From Paracoccaceae bacterium (GTDB lineage Bacteria > Pseudomonadota > Alphaproteobacteria > Rhodobacterales > Rhodobacteraceae), in contig JBFOME010000004.1 of assembly GCA_040830705.1 (NCBI GenBank), forward strand, positions 3,283 through 67,282: DNA of 64,000 bases. Reading direction: 5' to 3'. Below are positions 9,486 through 18,120 of this stretch, piece after piece (within the stretch, counting starts at the first letter, position 1; the number at the start of each line of letters is the position of its first letter). The notes under the pieces are model-generated. The model made no database searches, was not told the DNA's origin, and saw only the letters and a program-made list of their open reading frames with translations. The translations under genes were made by a program, and so were the position numbers.

Positions 9486-10397
9486 ATGACATCCATCTTT
9501 ACCAAGTCGATATGTGCGGCAGCGACCGCGATCGGGCTGACAACAGCGACCTATGCCGCCGATATGCGCATCGCTTATACGGGCTATTCAACCGACAATA
9601 CGTTCTGGATCGGCGTGGCCAGCGCCGCAGCCGCAGAGGCCGAGGCGCAGGGCATCGAGTTCATCGACATGACCGCATCCTCCCCCGATAGCGCGGCGCA
9701 AAAAGACGCGGTGGACCGCGCCATTGATATGGGCGTTGACGGCATCATCATCGGTTCCGTTGACAACCGCGCCTTCGACGCCTCGCTCGACAACGCGGCT
9801 TCCAAGGGCATCCCGGTGGTGGCCGTCGATACCGGCATCGATCATCCGCATATCTCCAGCCTGGTGCAAACCGACAACCTTGCCGCGGCAGGCGTTGCAG
9901 GCAAATACATCGTTGACCAGCTCAACGGCGAAGGGTCGGTTCTGATCCTGGGCGGTTCTGCGGGCCACCAGACCGGCAACGCGCGCCGCGACGGCGTACT
10001 GGGTGCGGCCGAGGCCGCCGGTCACGAGGTGATTTTCCAGATCTGCGACTGGCAGGACGCCTGCGCTTTCGAGACAACGACGAACTTCCTACAGTCGAAT
10101 CCGGATATCAAGGCGGTGTTCTCAGCCTGGGACCCGGGCGCGCTGGCGGCCGTTTCAGCCTCGCAGGCCCTTGGCAAGCTGGACGACCTCGTCATCGTCG
10201 GATTTGATGGCAACCCTGCCAATCTGGTTGCAATCGAAGAAGGTGAGCAGGACGCCACCATCAAGCAGGACAACACCCGCATGGGCACAGAGTCCGTTCA
10301 GATCCTCGCCAATATCATCAAGGGGCAAGATGCCCCGGCGCTGGTGCCGATCGACGGTATCCTGATCACGGACGACAACGTCGCCGACTTCAAATGA
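9486..10397 (+). CDS. Sugar ABC transporter substrate-binding protein (RbsB/Peripla_BP_4)
   Basis: Signal peptide, GIPVVAVD, QTDNLAAAGVAG, VGFDGNP, ATIKQD; GGAGGA RBS. Confidence 0.92.
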   Translation: MTSIFTKSICAAATAIGLTTATYAADMRIAYTGYSTDNTFWIGVASAAAAEAEAQGIEFIDMTASSPDSAAQKDAVDRAIDMGVDGIIIGSVDNRAFDASLDNAASKGIPVVAVDTGIDHPHISSLVQTDNLAAAGVAGKYIVDQLNGEGSVLILGGSAGHQTGNARRDGVLGAAEAAGHEVIFQICDWQDACAFETTTNFLQSNPDIKAVFSAWDPGALAAVSASQALGKLDDLVIVGFDGNPANLVAIEEGEQDATIKQDNTRMGTESVQILANIIKGQDAPALVPIDGILITDDNVADFK

Positions 10398-10404
10398 GAC
10401 GATT

Positions 10405-10434
10405 GCGGCCGGCAGGGGATGCCTTGCCTGCCGC
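10405..10434 (+). terminator. GC-rich hairpin after the binding-protein gene (mRNA stabiliser or partial terminator)
   Basis: GGCAGG...CCTGCC inverted repeat at 10411-10432 directly after the stop; no U-tract. Confidence 0.4.
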
Positions 10435-10458
10435 CCATTCCTCTGAAAGCCGCCTCCC

Positions 10459-11487
10459 ATGCAATGCCTTGTCATCGACCGCGTCGGTAACACCGAGTTC
10501 CGCCAGATCGCACCTCCAGTGCCCGGCACCGGAGAGGTGTTGCTGGATGTGAAGTTCGTGGGTCTCTGTGGCAGTGACCTGAACACGTTTCAGGGCCTCA
10601 ACCCGCTGGTCAAACTGCCCCGTATCCCCGGTCATGAAATTGGCGGTGTTATTGCTGCGCGCGGTCCCGGGGTCGCGCCGGAATTTGCGGTGGGGCAGAA
10701 GGCGATTGTCATTCCCTATACGACCTGCGGGTCATGTCCGGCCTGCCGCAAGGGGCGGGTCAATACCTGCCGGTACAATCAGACCCTGGGCGTGCAGCAG
10801 GATGGTGGATTGTGCCGCCAAATTGTGATCAGGGCGGATCGGCTTATCCCCAATGACACGCTTTCGCTTGCGCATATGGCCTTGGTCGAGCCGCTCTCGG
10901 TGGGGTTCCACGCGGTGTCCCGCGGGCAGATCAAGGCTGACGAGACGGTTCTGGTACTTGGCGGCGGCATGATCGGCGTAGGCGCCATTCTGGGTGCTCA
11001 GGCACGGGGCGCCAGGGTGATCGTCAACGAGATTTCCGAGACCAAACGCCACACTCTTGATGCACTCGGCGTGGATGCGGTGATCAACCCCCAAACTCAG
11101 GATGCCGAACAGGCCCTCACAGAATTGACCGGCGGCGCTGGACCAGATGTGATCATCGAGGCGGTTGGCACCGCAGAGACATTCCGGGCCGCAATCGACT
11201 TGGCCCCCGTCGCAGGCCGCGTCGTCTATGTCGGCTATGCCAAAGCTGAGGTCACCTATGACACCAAATTCTTCAATCTCAAGGAACTCGACATTTTCGG
11301 ATCTCGCAATGCGACACGACCAGATTTCGAGGCAGTTGTTTCATTTCTGGAAAGCCACCCGGATATCGCCAGCCAGCTTATCTCTCGCGTGATCCCGTGG
11401 ACCGACGCAGAGAGCGCGTTAAGCTACTGGACCCGGCACCGCGACGAGACCTTCAAGATCATGATCGATATGGAGGCAGCGCCATGA
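10459..11487 (+). CDS. Zn-dependent dehydrogenase, L-galactonate 5-dehydrogenase (LgoD/YjjN)-like
   Basis: [57 protein letters not shown]; strongly resembles characterised L-galactonate dehydrogenases (from memory). Confidence 0.75.
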   Translation: MQCLVIDRVGNTEFRQIAPPVPGTGEVLLDVKFVGLCGSDLNTFQGLNPLVKLPRIPGHEIGGVIAARGPGVAPEFAVGQKAIVIPYTTCGSCPACRKGRVNTCRYNQTLGVQQDGGLCRQIVIRADRLIPNDTLSLAHMALVEPLSVGFHAVSRGQIKADETVLVLGGGMIGVGAILGAQARGARVIVNEISETKRHTLDALGVDAVINPQTQDAEQALTELTGGAGPDVIIEAVGTAETFRAAIDLAPVAGRVVYVGYAKAEVTYDTKFFNLKELDIFGSRNATRPDFEAVVSFLESHPDIASQLISRVIPWTDAESALSYWTRHRDETFKIMIDMEAAP

Positions 11488-12239
11488 GCCTAGCAGCGAT
11501 CTATGGGCTGGATGGGCAGCGTGCCTTGGTCACCGGGGGTGGTACAGGGATCGGCAAGGCAATTGCGGCCTGTCTGGTTGAGGTCGGCGCCGATGTGGTG
11601 ATTGCAGGTCGGCGCGCGGATGTCTTGGAAGCGGCAGCAGCGGAAATCGGATCAGGCTGCCGGTTCAAGGTCTTCGACATCACTGAGATCGCGGCGATTA
11701 AGGCGTTCGAAGCCGAGCTTGGTCCGATAGATATTCTTGTCAACAATGCGGGAAACACGCTCAAAAAGGCGTTTGAGGATCAAACGCTAACCGAGTTCGA
11801 TCAGGTCTTTGACGTGCATGTCCGCGGCGCGTTGGAGCTGAGCCGCCGCGTCATCCGCCGCATGCTGGCTGAGAACCGCGCCGGTACGATCCAGTTCCTG
11901 TCCTCGATGACCGCCTATATCGGTCAGCCCATGGTCTCGGGCTACACGATTTCCAAAACCGCAATCAACGGCGTTGTGCGCGGGCTGTCGGCAGAGTTTG
12001 CTGGGCGCGGGATTCGCATCAATGGCGTGGCACCGGGATGGATTGACACCGACATTTTCCGCAATGCCACCCGGGGCGACCCGGAACGCAAAGCAAAGAT
12101 CATGAGCCGCATTCCCATGGGCCATCTCGGCCAACCCGAAGATATCGGCAGGTGTTGTGCCTTCCTCGCCTCTCCGGCGGCGAAGTACATCAATGGGCAG
12201 GTCGTCCTTGTGGATGGGGGCGGCGCGACTGGGTTTTAG
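11484..12239 (+). CDS. Short-chain dehydrogenase/reductase (gluconate 5-dehydrogenase-like)
   Basis: [19 protein letters not shown] (YxxxK), [14 protein letters not shown] overlap with upstream gene places the start at 11484. Confidence 0.88.
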   Translation: MSLAAIYGLDGQRALVTGGGTGIGKAIAACLVEVGADVVIAGRRADVLEAAAAEIGSGCRFKVFDITEIAAIKAFEAELGPIDILVNNAGNTLKKAFEDQTLTEFDQVFDVHVRGALELSRRVIRRMLAENRAGTIQFLSSMTAYIGQPMVSGYTISKTAINGVVRGLSAEFAGRGIRINGVAPGWIDTDIFRNATRGDPERKAKIMSRIPMGHLGQPEDIGRCCAFLASPAAKYINGQVVLVDGGGATGF

Positions 12240-12253
12240 GGAAAGGCAGGTCA

Positions 12254-12919
12254 ATGGCGTTGGATTTCGACAGAATTCGTACAGAGCTTTTCACCGCGGT
12301 CATCGGGGACGTGCTGGACCAGCTTGGCTACCGGGATCAGTTTCTTCCTGCGGGCGTGACCCCCTTGATACCGGGCACGCGCATTGTCGGGCGCGCCATG
12401 ACGGTTCAGGAGACGCCCTATGCCATGGGCGAAGGGCAGGGGCCGCTGGCTGATCGCCCATTCGGACTGATGTTCGAGGCACTTGATGACCTTAAGGAAA
12501 ACGAGATCTACATAACAACCGGGACGTCGCTAAACTGCGCACTCTGGGGTGGACTGATGTCCACGCGAGCAATGTATCTCAAGGCTGCCGGTGCGATTCT
12601 GGACGGCTATGTCAGGGATACCGCAGAGACACGGCACCTCGGGTTCCCGGTGTTTTCGCGCGGAGCTTACGCACAGGATCAGGGCACAAGGGGCAAAGTG
12701 GTCGACTATCGCATGCCACTCCGTATCGGGCCTGTTCAGATAAACGATGGCGATCTCATCGTTGCCGATGACGAGGGGGTTCTGGTCATCCCGCAAGACG
12801 TCGAAGTCGACGCAATCACGGCAGCCCACGAGAAAGCCGCCACAGAAAGCGAGGTTGCCATTGCAATCCGGGGCGGCATGTCGACAGTAGATGCCTTCAA
12901 GACGTTTGGCGTCATGTAA
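12254..12919 (+). CDS. RraA-family protein (HMG/CHA aldolase-like)
   Basis: TAVIGDVLD, IVGRAMTV, ALWGGLM, DGYVRD, GDLIVADDEGVLVIP. Confidence 0.85.
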   Translation: MALDFDRIRTELFTAVIGDVLDQLGYRDQFLPAGVTPLIPGTRIVGRAMTVQETPYAMGEGQGPLADRPFGLMFEALDDLKENEIYITTGTSLNCALWGGLMSTRAMYLKAAGAILDGYVRDTAETRHLGFPVFSRGAYAQDQGTRGKVVDYRMPLRIGPVQINDGDLIVADDEGVLVIPQDVEVDAITAAHEKAATESEVAIAIRGGMSTVDAFKTFGVM

Positions 12920-12957
12920 GCGGCGGCTGCGAGAGTTTGAGATGGTGAATTTGGAAT

Positions 12958-13854
12958 ATGTCGCGCAGTAACAGCACTTACAAAGACAGCTATAACCGGG
13001 CGCTAGACATGATTGGCACCAGCGAGAACATGCCCGAATTGCCGACTGAGGTGGTGCTGGCGGAAACTTGGGCTGTCAGCCGCACCACAGTGCGCAGCAT
13101 ACTGCATCGCTTACAGGATGCGGGTATCATTGAATGGTCGGGCCGCACCAAAAAGGTGCTGCGCAAGCCCAGAAAGAACGAGTATTTTCCGGCCTCTGAA
13201 ACAGAGTCGGTCGCAGAGAAGCTGCCATCCCTGTTCATGGAGTACATATTTGCCGGTGAGCTGACCCCGGGCGCGACGTTGCGCGAGACAGAATTGGCCA
13301 AGGCGTTTGGCGTAGGGTCCACGGCGGTGCGCGAGTTCCTGATCCGGTTCTCACGCTTTGGTCTGATCAAGAAAAACCCAAACCGGCACTGGGTCTTGTT
13401 GGGCTTCACCCGGGATTTCGCCGAAGAGCTTTTTGCGGTCCGCGAAATTTTCGAACGCGAGGCATTCCAGTCTTTCCTGTCGGGTCCACCTGCGCGCCAC
13501 GCCAAAGCCACGATGCTTCGCGCAGAGCATGAGACAATTCTGGCGCATATTTCACGGGACTATGTTCTGTTCCCACGCCTTGACGAAAAGTTCCACCGAG
13601 TTTGGATCGACGAATTCGCCAACCGCTTTGTTCGTGACTTCTTCGAGTTGGTCTCGCTTGTGTTTCACTACCACTATCGCTGGAACAAGCGCGACGAGCT
13701 GGAGCGCAACCATCGCGCCCTAGAGCAACATCTGGAGATCATCGCGGCGCTGGAGGCGGGTGACCTCCCGCGGGCCCATGCCGCCTTCGATGTCCACCTC
13801 ACCCATGCCAAAGAAACGCTTTTGCGATCTGTCACATGGGATAGTCCCGACTAG
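12958..13854 (+). CDS. GntR-family regulator with two HTH domains plus FCD (LgoR/YjjM-like)
   Basis: MSRS start, HTH1 LAETWAVSRTTVR, HTH2 ETELAKAFGVGSTAVREFLIRFSRFGLI, C-terminal VFHYHYRW...RNHRALEQHLEII, paralleling E. coli YjjM. Confidence 0.85.
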   Translation: MSRSNSTYKDSYNRALDMIGTSENMPELPTEVVLAETWAVSRTTVRSILHRLQDAGIIEWSGRTKKVLRKPRKNEYFPASETESVAEKLPSLFMEYIFAGELTPGATLRETELAKAFGVGSTAVREFLIRFSRFGLIKKNPNRHWVLLGFTRDFAEELFAVREIFEREAFQSFLSGPPARHAKATMLRAEHETILAHISRDYVLFPRLDEKFHRVWIDEFANRFVRDFFELVSLVFHYHYRWNKRDELERNHRALEQHLEIIAALEAGDLPRAHAAFDVHLTHAKETLLRSVTWDSPD

Positions 13855-13939
13855 GGGCAGATGCGCTTGGCAAGTTGCAGATTGAATACGTGCCTGATTT
13901 TCGGCGGCGCGCCGATTTGAGTGTGATACCTGTGTCGCC

Positions 13940-15025
13940 ATGTTATTTGATCTACCAGACCACGGCACCCTGTATCAGGCACTGCTAGACCGCGACCCGA
14001 CCTATGATGGTCAGGCATATGTCTGTGTTTCCTCTACCGGCGTCTTCTGCAGGTTGACCTGCCCAGCCCGCAAGCCCAAGCAGGAGAACTGCACATTCTT
14101 TGGAACTGTCGGGGAATGTATCGAAGCGGGCTATCGCGCGTGCAAACGCTGTCATCCGCTGCAACCCATGGCGTTGGCGGACCCTGCCATCGCGACGCTA
14201 TTGGCCGCCTTGGACGAACGACCCGACTATCGCTGGAGCGAAGGTGATATCGAGCGGATGGGATTTGATCTTTCCACCGTTCGGAGGAGCTTCAAGCGCC
14301 AGTTCGGAATGACATTTCTGGAAATGGCGCGCCAGAGGCGGCTCAGGGACGGGTTTCAGACCATCGCCAATGGTGGCTCGGTGATCGAAGGACAGCTTGA
14401 TGCGGGTTTCGACTCGTCCAGCGCGTTCCGAACAGCCTTCCTGAAACTCATGGGAAAAGCTCCGGGCAATCTGTCCCCGGACCCGTTGCTGTTCGCCGAC
14501 TGGGTGCCGACGCCCCTTGGCGACATGATTTCGGTCAGCAGCAAATCACATCTGTATCTTCCAGAGTTCTTTGACCGGAAGGCGCTGCCGAAGGAGCTTG
14601 GGCGCCTTGAAGCATTCGCAAAAAATCGTCTGGGTATCGGGAGCACAGAGCCTTCAGACCAGATCAAGACAGAACTGGCGGCGTTTTTTGATGGGACATC
14701 ATCAGACTTTCAAACCCCACTTGCGTATCACGGATCAGATTTCAGTGGGGCCGTGTGGGACACGCTCAAGCAAATCCCGGTGGGCACTACGCGCAGTTAC
14801 TCGGAGATAGCCAAGATCATTGGGCGCCCAACTGCCGTCCGCGCAGTCGCCCGCGCAAACGGGGCCAACCAGATCGCATTGGTCATCCCCTGTCACCGCG
14901 TCATCGGCGCGGATGGATCGCTGACCGGTTATGGCGGTGGGCTCTGGCGCAAACAGAAGCTCTTGGAAATTGAACGGCAATATTTGCCTGAAAAGACAAA
15001 AAGGAACCACAATGTGGCAAGCTGA
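13940..15025 (+). CDS. ada: Bifunctional Ada transcriptional activator / methylated-DNA-protein-cysteine methyltransferase
   Basis: Zn site TGVFCRLTCPARKP...ACKRC, AraC HTH, RAVARANGAN, active-site IPCHRV, GSLTGYGGG. Confidence 0.93.
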   Translation: MLFDLPDHGTLYQALLDRDPTYDGQAYVCVSSTGVFCRLTCPARKPKQENCTFFGTVGECIEAGYRACKRCHPLQPMALADPAIATLLAALDERPDYRWSEGDIERMGFDLSTVRRSFKRQFGMTFLEMARQRRLRDGFQTIANGGSVIEGQLDAGFDSSSAFRTAFLKLMGKAPGNLSPDPLLFADWVPTPLGDMISVSSKSHLYLPEFFDRKALPKELGRLEAFAKNRLGIGSTEPSDQIKTELAAFFDGTSSDFQTPLAYHGSDFSGAVWDTLKQIPVGTTRSYSEIAKIIGRPTAVRAVARANGANQIALVIPCHRVIGADGSLTGYGGGLWRKQKLLEIERQYLPEKTKRNHNVAS

Positions 15026-15770
15026 AAAGGCTGCCCGCTTTGCTGATCTGCACCAAAAGGGCAATCCGCTTGTGCTCTATAACATTTGGGATGCAGGAGG
15101 GGCAAAAGCCCTCGCGGATCAAGGCGCATCTGCTGTTGCCACCGGAAGTTGGTCCGTGGCGGCCGCGCAGGGTTATGACGACGGAGAGGCCATACCGATG
15201 GGCTTCGTTCTGAGCATCGTCGAACGCATCTGTGCCACTGTTGATGTACCTCTCACCGTGGATTTCGAAGGTGGATACGCGCCCAGTCCAACCGAGGTCG
15301 CTGAAAACGTCCGCAATGTCATCCGCGCAGGTGCCGTCGGGATCAACTTTGAAGACAGGATCGTCAAAGGTGAGGGACTTCATCCGATACCGACACAGGC
15401 AGCACGCATCAGGGCAATCAAGGCCGCAGCGGACGAAGAAGGCGTTCCTCTCTATCTGAACGCACGGACAGACATGTTTCTCGGAACGGACCCAGCAACA
15501 CACGAATACAGTTTGACAGAAGCACTGGAGCGCGAAGCAGCCTATGCCGAGGCTGGTGCTGATTGCTTCTTTGTGCCGGGGCTCACCGAAACCGCCTTGA
15601 TCGCGCGCGTTGTCGAAACTGCGCGATTGCCGATAAACGTCATGATGATGGGTGATCTGTCGGCAATCAAGGGCGTGGCCGCACTGGGGGTGTCCCGCGC
15701 AAGCTACGGACCCAGACCATTCCTACAGCATCTCGCCAATCTCAAGAAAGCCTACGCTGACTTACAGTAA
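15012..15770 (+). CDS. ICL/PEP-mutase family protein of unknown function (lacks KxCGH loop)
   Basis: NIWDAGGA, ATGSWSVA, VPLTVDFEGGY, GINFED, LNARTD, AGADCFFVPG; start overlaps the ada 3' end. Confidence 0.85.
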   Translation: MWQAEKAARFADLHQKGNPLVLYNIWDAGGAKALADQGASAVATGSWSVAAAQGYDDGEAIPMGFVLSIVERICATVDVPLTVDFEGGYAPSPTEVAENVRNVIRAGAVGINFEDRIVKGEGLHPIPTQAARIRAIKAAADEEGVPLYLNARTDMFLGTDPATHEYSLTEALEREAAYAEAGADCFFVPGLTETALIARVVETARLPINVMMMGDLSAIKGVAALGVSRASYGPRPFLQHLANLKKAYADLQ

Positions 15771-15872
15771 CGCATAGCGGTGTGAACTCATAGAACCGGC
15801 TTTGGTCTTCCGTGAACCAGTTTCCTTGACGCTCGAAACTCACCCCTGGCCGCCAGCATCGCGAGGTGTTTT

Positions 15873-15901
15873 GATCCAAACGCACGATGCGCGTTTGGAT
15901 C
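15873..15901. repeat. Perfect 11-bp inverted repeat (hairpin)
   Basis: GATCCAAACGC-ACGATGC-GCGTTTGGATC in the ICL-BCCT intergenic region. Confidence 0.6.
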
Positions 15902-16025
15902 GAATGAAAACTATTGAAGTTCGGTTCCAATTTTAGGATGTTGAGTGTCTCGCGCGCGCGTTGCGTGGGACCTAACTCGGCATTGCTGCGTGCAGAGCAG
16001 TCAACACTTGAGAGACCGGGACTTT

Positions 16026-17849
16026 ATGGCGCTTGAGGACCCTTTCACTGACCTCGAAATAGAAACGCAGTCGTCCGGCTTTTACGAGGGGTATAGTCTG
16101 CCGATCGCCTTGGTCAGCAAATTGACTGTGACGCTATTGGTTCTTTGGGCGTTGATCTGGCCGTTCTCCGCAAATGATACGTTGCGATCATGGAAGACGG
16201 GATTGCTGATTGAATTCAACAGATTCTACGACACATCAGTAGCGCTCTATGCGATCTTCCTGTTTCTCGTCGCACTCATTCCCGCGACCGGACGAATGCG
16301 GCTTGGAGCAGACGACGACGGGCCTGAGTTTTCCAATTTCTCCTGGTTTTCGATGATGTTTGGCGCGGGGCTGGGCGTGGGATTAATGGTTTACGCGACG
16401 GCCGAGCCTCTGGGTCTGTGGGAAACGAACCCGTTGACCATTTCGGGCGAGGTCGACCCCATGAGCGAAGACGCAATCGAAGGGGCCTACCGATATACTT
16501 TCCTGCACACAGGCTTTCACGCTTGGGCCATCTATGTCGTCACCGGCCTGAGCCTCGCCTACTACGCCTATACGCGCGACATGCCTCTGACCATCCGAGC
16601 GGCATTGACCCCTTTGCTGGGAGAGTACTCCAATGGCTTCGCGGGTCACGTGATCGACATTCTGGGGGTTGTTGCAACCATACTCGGCGTTGCGGTGACG
16701 ATTGGCTACGGCGTATCCCAATTGGTCGATGGCGCGTTTCTGATCACCGGAGCCAACTGGCTCTTGGAAAACACCGGGACTACGATGGCACCCTCTACGG
16801 CGGGGCTGATAGCCGCGCTGGTATTGGTCATGATGATGTCAACGCTTTCTGCAGTTTCCGGGGTCGGGCGCGGCGTCAAGTACCTGTCTAACCTCAACCT
16901 GGTTCTGTCGCTGGCCTTGTTGTTGGTCTTCATCATCTTCGGCTCGTTCGCCTTCGCCACTACAACCTATGCTGCGGCGCTGGTGGATTATGTTGCCAAC
17001 TTCATTCCGTTGAGCTTCCACGCCTACAGCCCGATATCAGAAACCGAATTTGCATCCGTGCTGCCCGCCGAGGCCACACCATTTGTCGGTGAGCTATTTG
17101 CCGGAGCGACAGATGCCTGGGGAACCAAAGAGGCTTTTCTTGACGGGTTGAGCAATGATGCTGCGGCCTTGTCCGATGCGACCAAGTCTGCCGCATATGA
17201 TGCGGGCAAAGAAGGGCGATTGTTTGGCTGGCAGTCTGGCTGGACAACGTTCTACTGGGCCTGGTGGATTGCCTTCTCGCCCTTTGTTGGGCTGTTTCTT
17301 GCGCGTATCTCGAAAGGTCGGACGGTACGCGAATTCATCCTGGGCGCAGTCATCGCGCCGTCATTGGTCTGTTTCGCATGGATGACGATCCTGGGCGGGT
17401 CTGCCATTGATTTGGAACTGAACGGCGACGCAAACGGGGCAATCCTCGCGGCGTCTACAACGGCAACGCTTTTTGCCACGCTCAGCGAAATGATCTCGGG
17501 TAATTTCCTGACCATCGTCAGTGTGATGTGTGTCATTCTGACCATGACGTTTCTTGTGACCTCTGCCGATTCAGGCATCTTGGTCATGAACACCATCATG
17601 TCGGGCGGATCAGAGGAGACCGGTCTTAAACACCGTATCATCTGGGGTGGATTGCTGACTATGGTGATCGGAACGTTGCTGCTGGCCGGAGGCGGTGGGT
17701 TGGAGGCGCTTACCAATTCGATGATCATCGGAGCGCTGCCCTTTAGCGTTATTTTGCTGCTAATGTGCGTGTCTCTGGCCAAGGCGATGATAAACGATTT
17801 GCGGCGTTCAAATTCTGACGAACAATCGGATACATTATCAGGCACATAG
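16026..17849 (+). CDS. BCCT-family (betaine/choline/carnitine) transporter
   Basis: FSNFSWFSMMFGAGLGVGLM, HAWAIY, WTTFYWAWWIAFSPFVGLFLARISKGRT, TSADSG; start placed at ATG 16026. Confidence 0.93.
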   Translation: MALEDPFTDLEIETQSSGFYEGYSLPIALVSKLTVTLLVLWALIWPFSANDTLRSWKTGLLIEFNRFYDTSVALYAIFLFLVALIPATGRMRLGADDDGPEFSNFSWFSMMFGAGLGVGLMVYATAEPLGLWETNPLTISGEVDPMSEDAIEGAYRYTFLHTGFHAWAIYVVTGLSLAYYAYTRDMPLTIRAALTPLLGEYSNGFAGHVIDILGVVATILGVAVTIGYGVSQLVDGAFLITGANWLLENTGTTMAPSTAGLIAALVLVMMMSTLSAVSGVGRGVKYLSNLNLVLSLALLLVFIIFGSFAFATTTYAAALVDYVANFIPLSFHAYSPISETEFASVLPAEATPFVGELFAGATDAWGTKEAFLDGLSNDAAALSDATKSAAYDAGKEGRLFGWQSGWTTFYWAWWIAFSPFVGLFLARISKGRTVREFILGAVIAPSLVCFAWMTILGGSAIDLELNGDANGAILAASTTATLFATLSEMISGNFLTIVSVMCVILTMTFLVTSADSGILVMNTIMSGGSEETGLKHRIIWGGLLTMVIGTLLLAGGGGLEALTNSMIIGALPFSVILLLMCVSLAKAMINDLRRSNSDEQSDTLSGT

Positions 17850-18120
17850 CCGAGTCTGGACCCACACTGCCGAATTGTTAATTTTGTCCGGGTTTTTCTT
17901 AATCTTTGTCATGAGATTATCTTAATGTGACGAGGCTATGTCGGTCTGGATCGTCGAGGGATGAACGCCGCATCTTCCTCTCGCCAGCGATCGCTTACCG
18001 TTGCGACTACGACAAATAACAGACCGCTCGAAGACGACGATCTTCGCGAGGCAGGTCAACGAGGTGTTCTGATATCGAGAGTGCGACGCACTCCCGAGAT
18101 ATGCCAAGAAAGGGTGCAAG

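Noticed and set aside
17900-17919. TAATCT-N8-AGATTA palindrome; also GTATCG-N7-CGATAC at 48220-48238
   Set aside because: Single 6-bp arms with no second copy or cognate regulator; could be chance.
17922-18119. Minus-strand 65-aa ORF with an HTH-like RCGVHPSTI stretch
   Set aside because: TTG start, no RBS, no further regulator similarity, and it overlaps the flavoenzyme promoter region.
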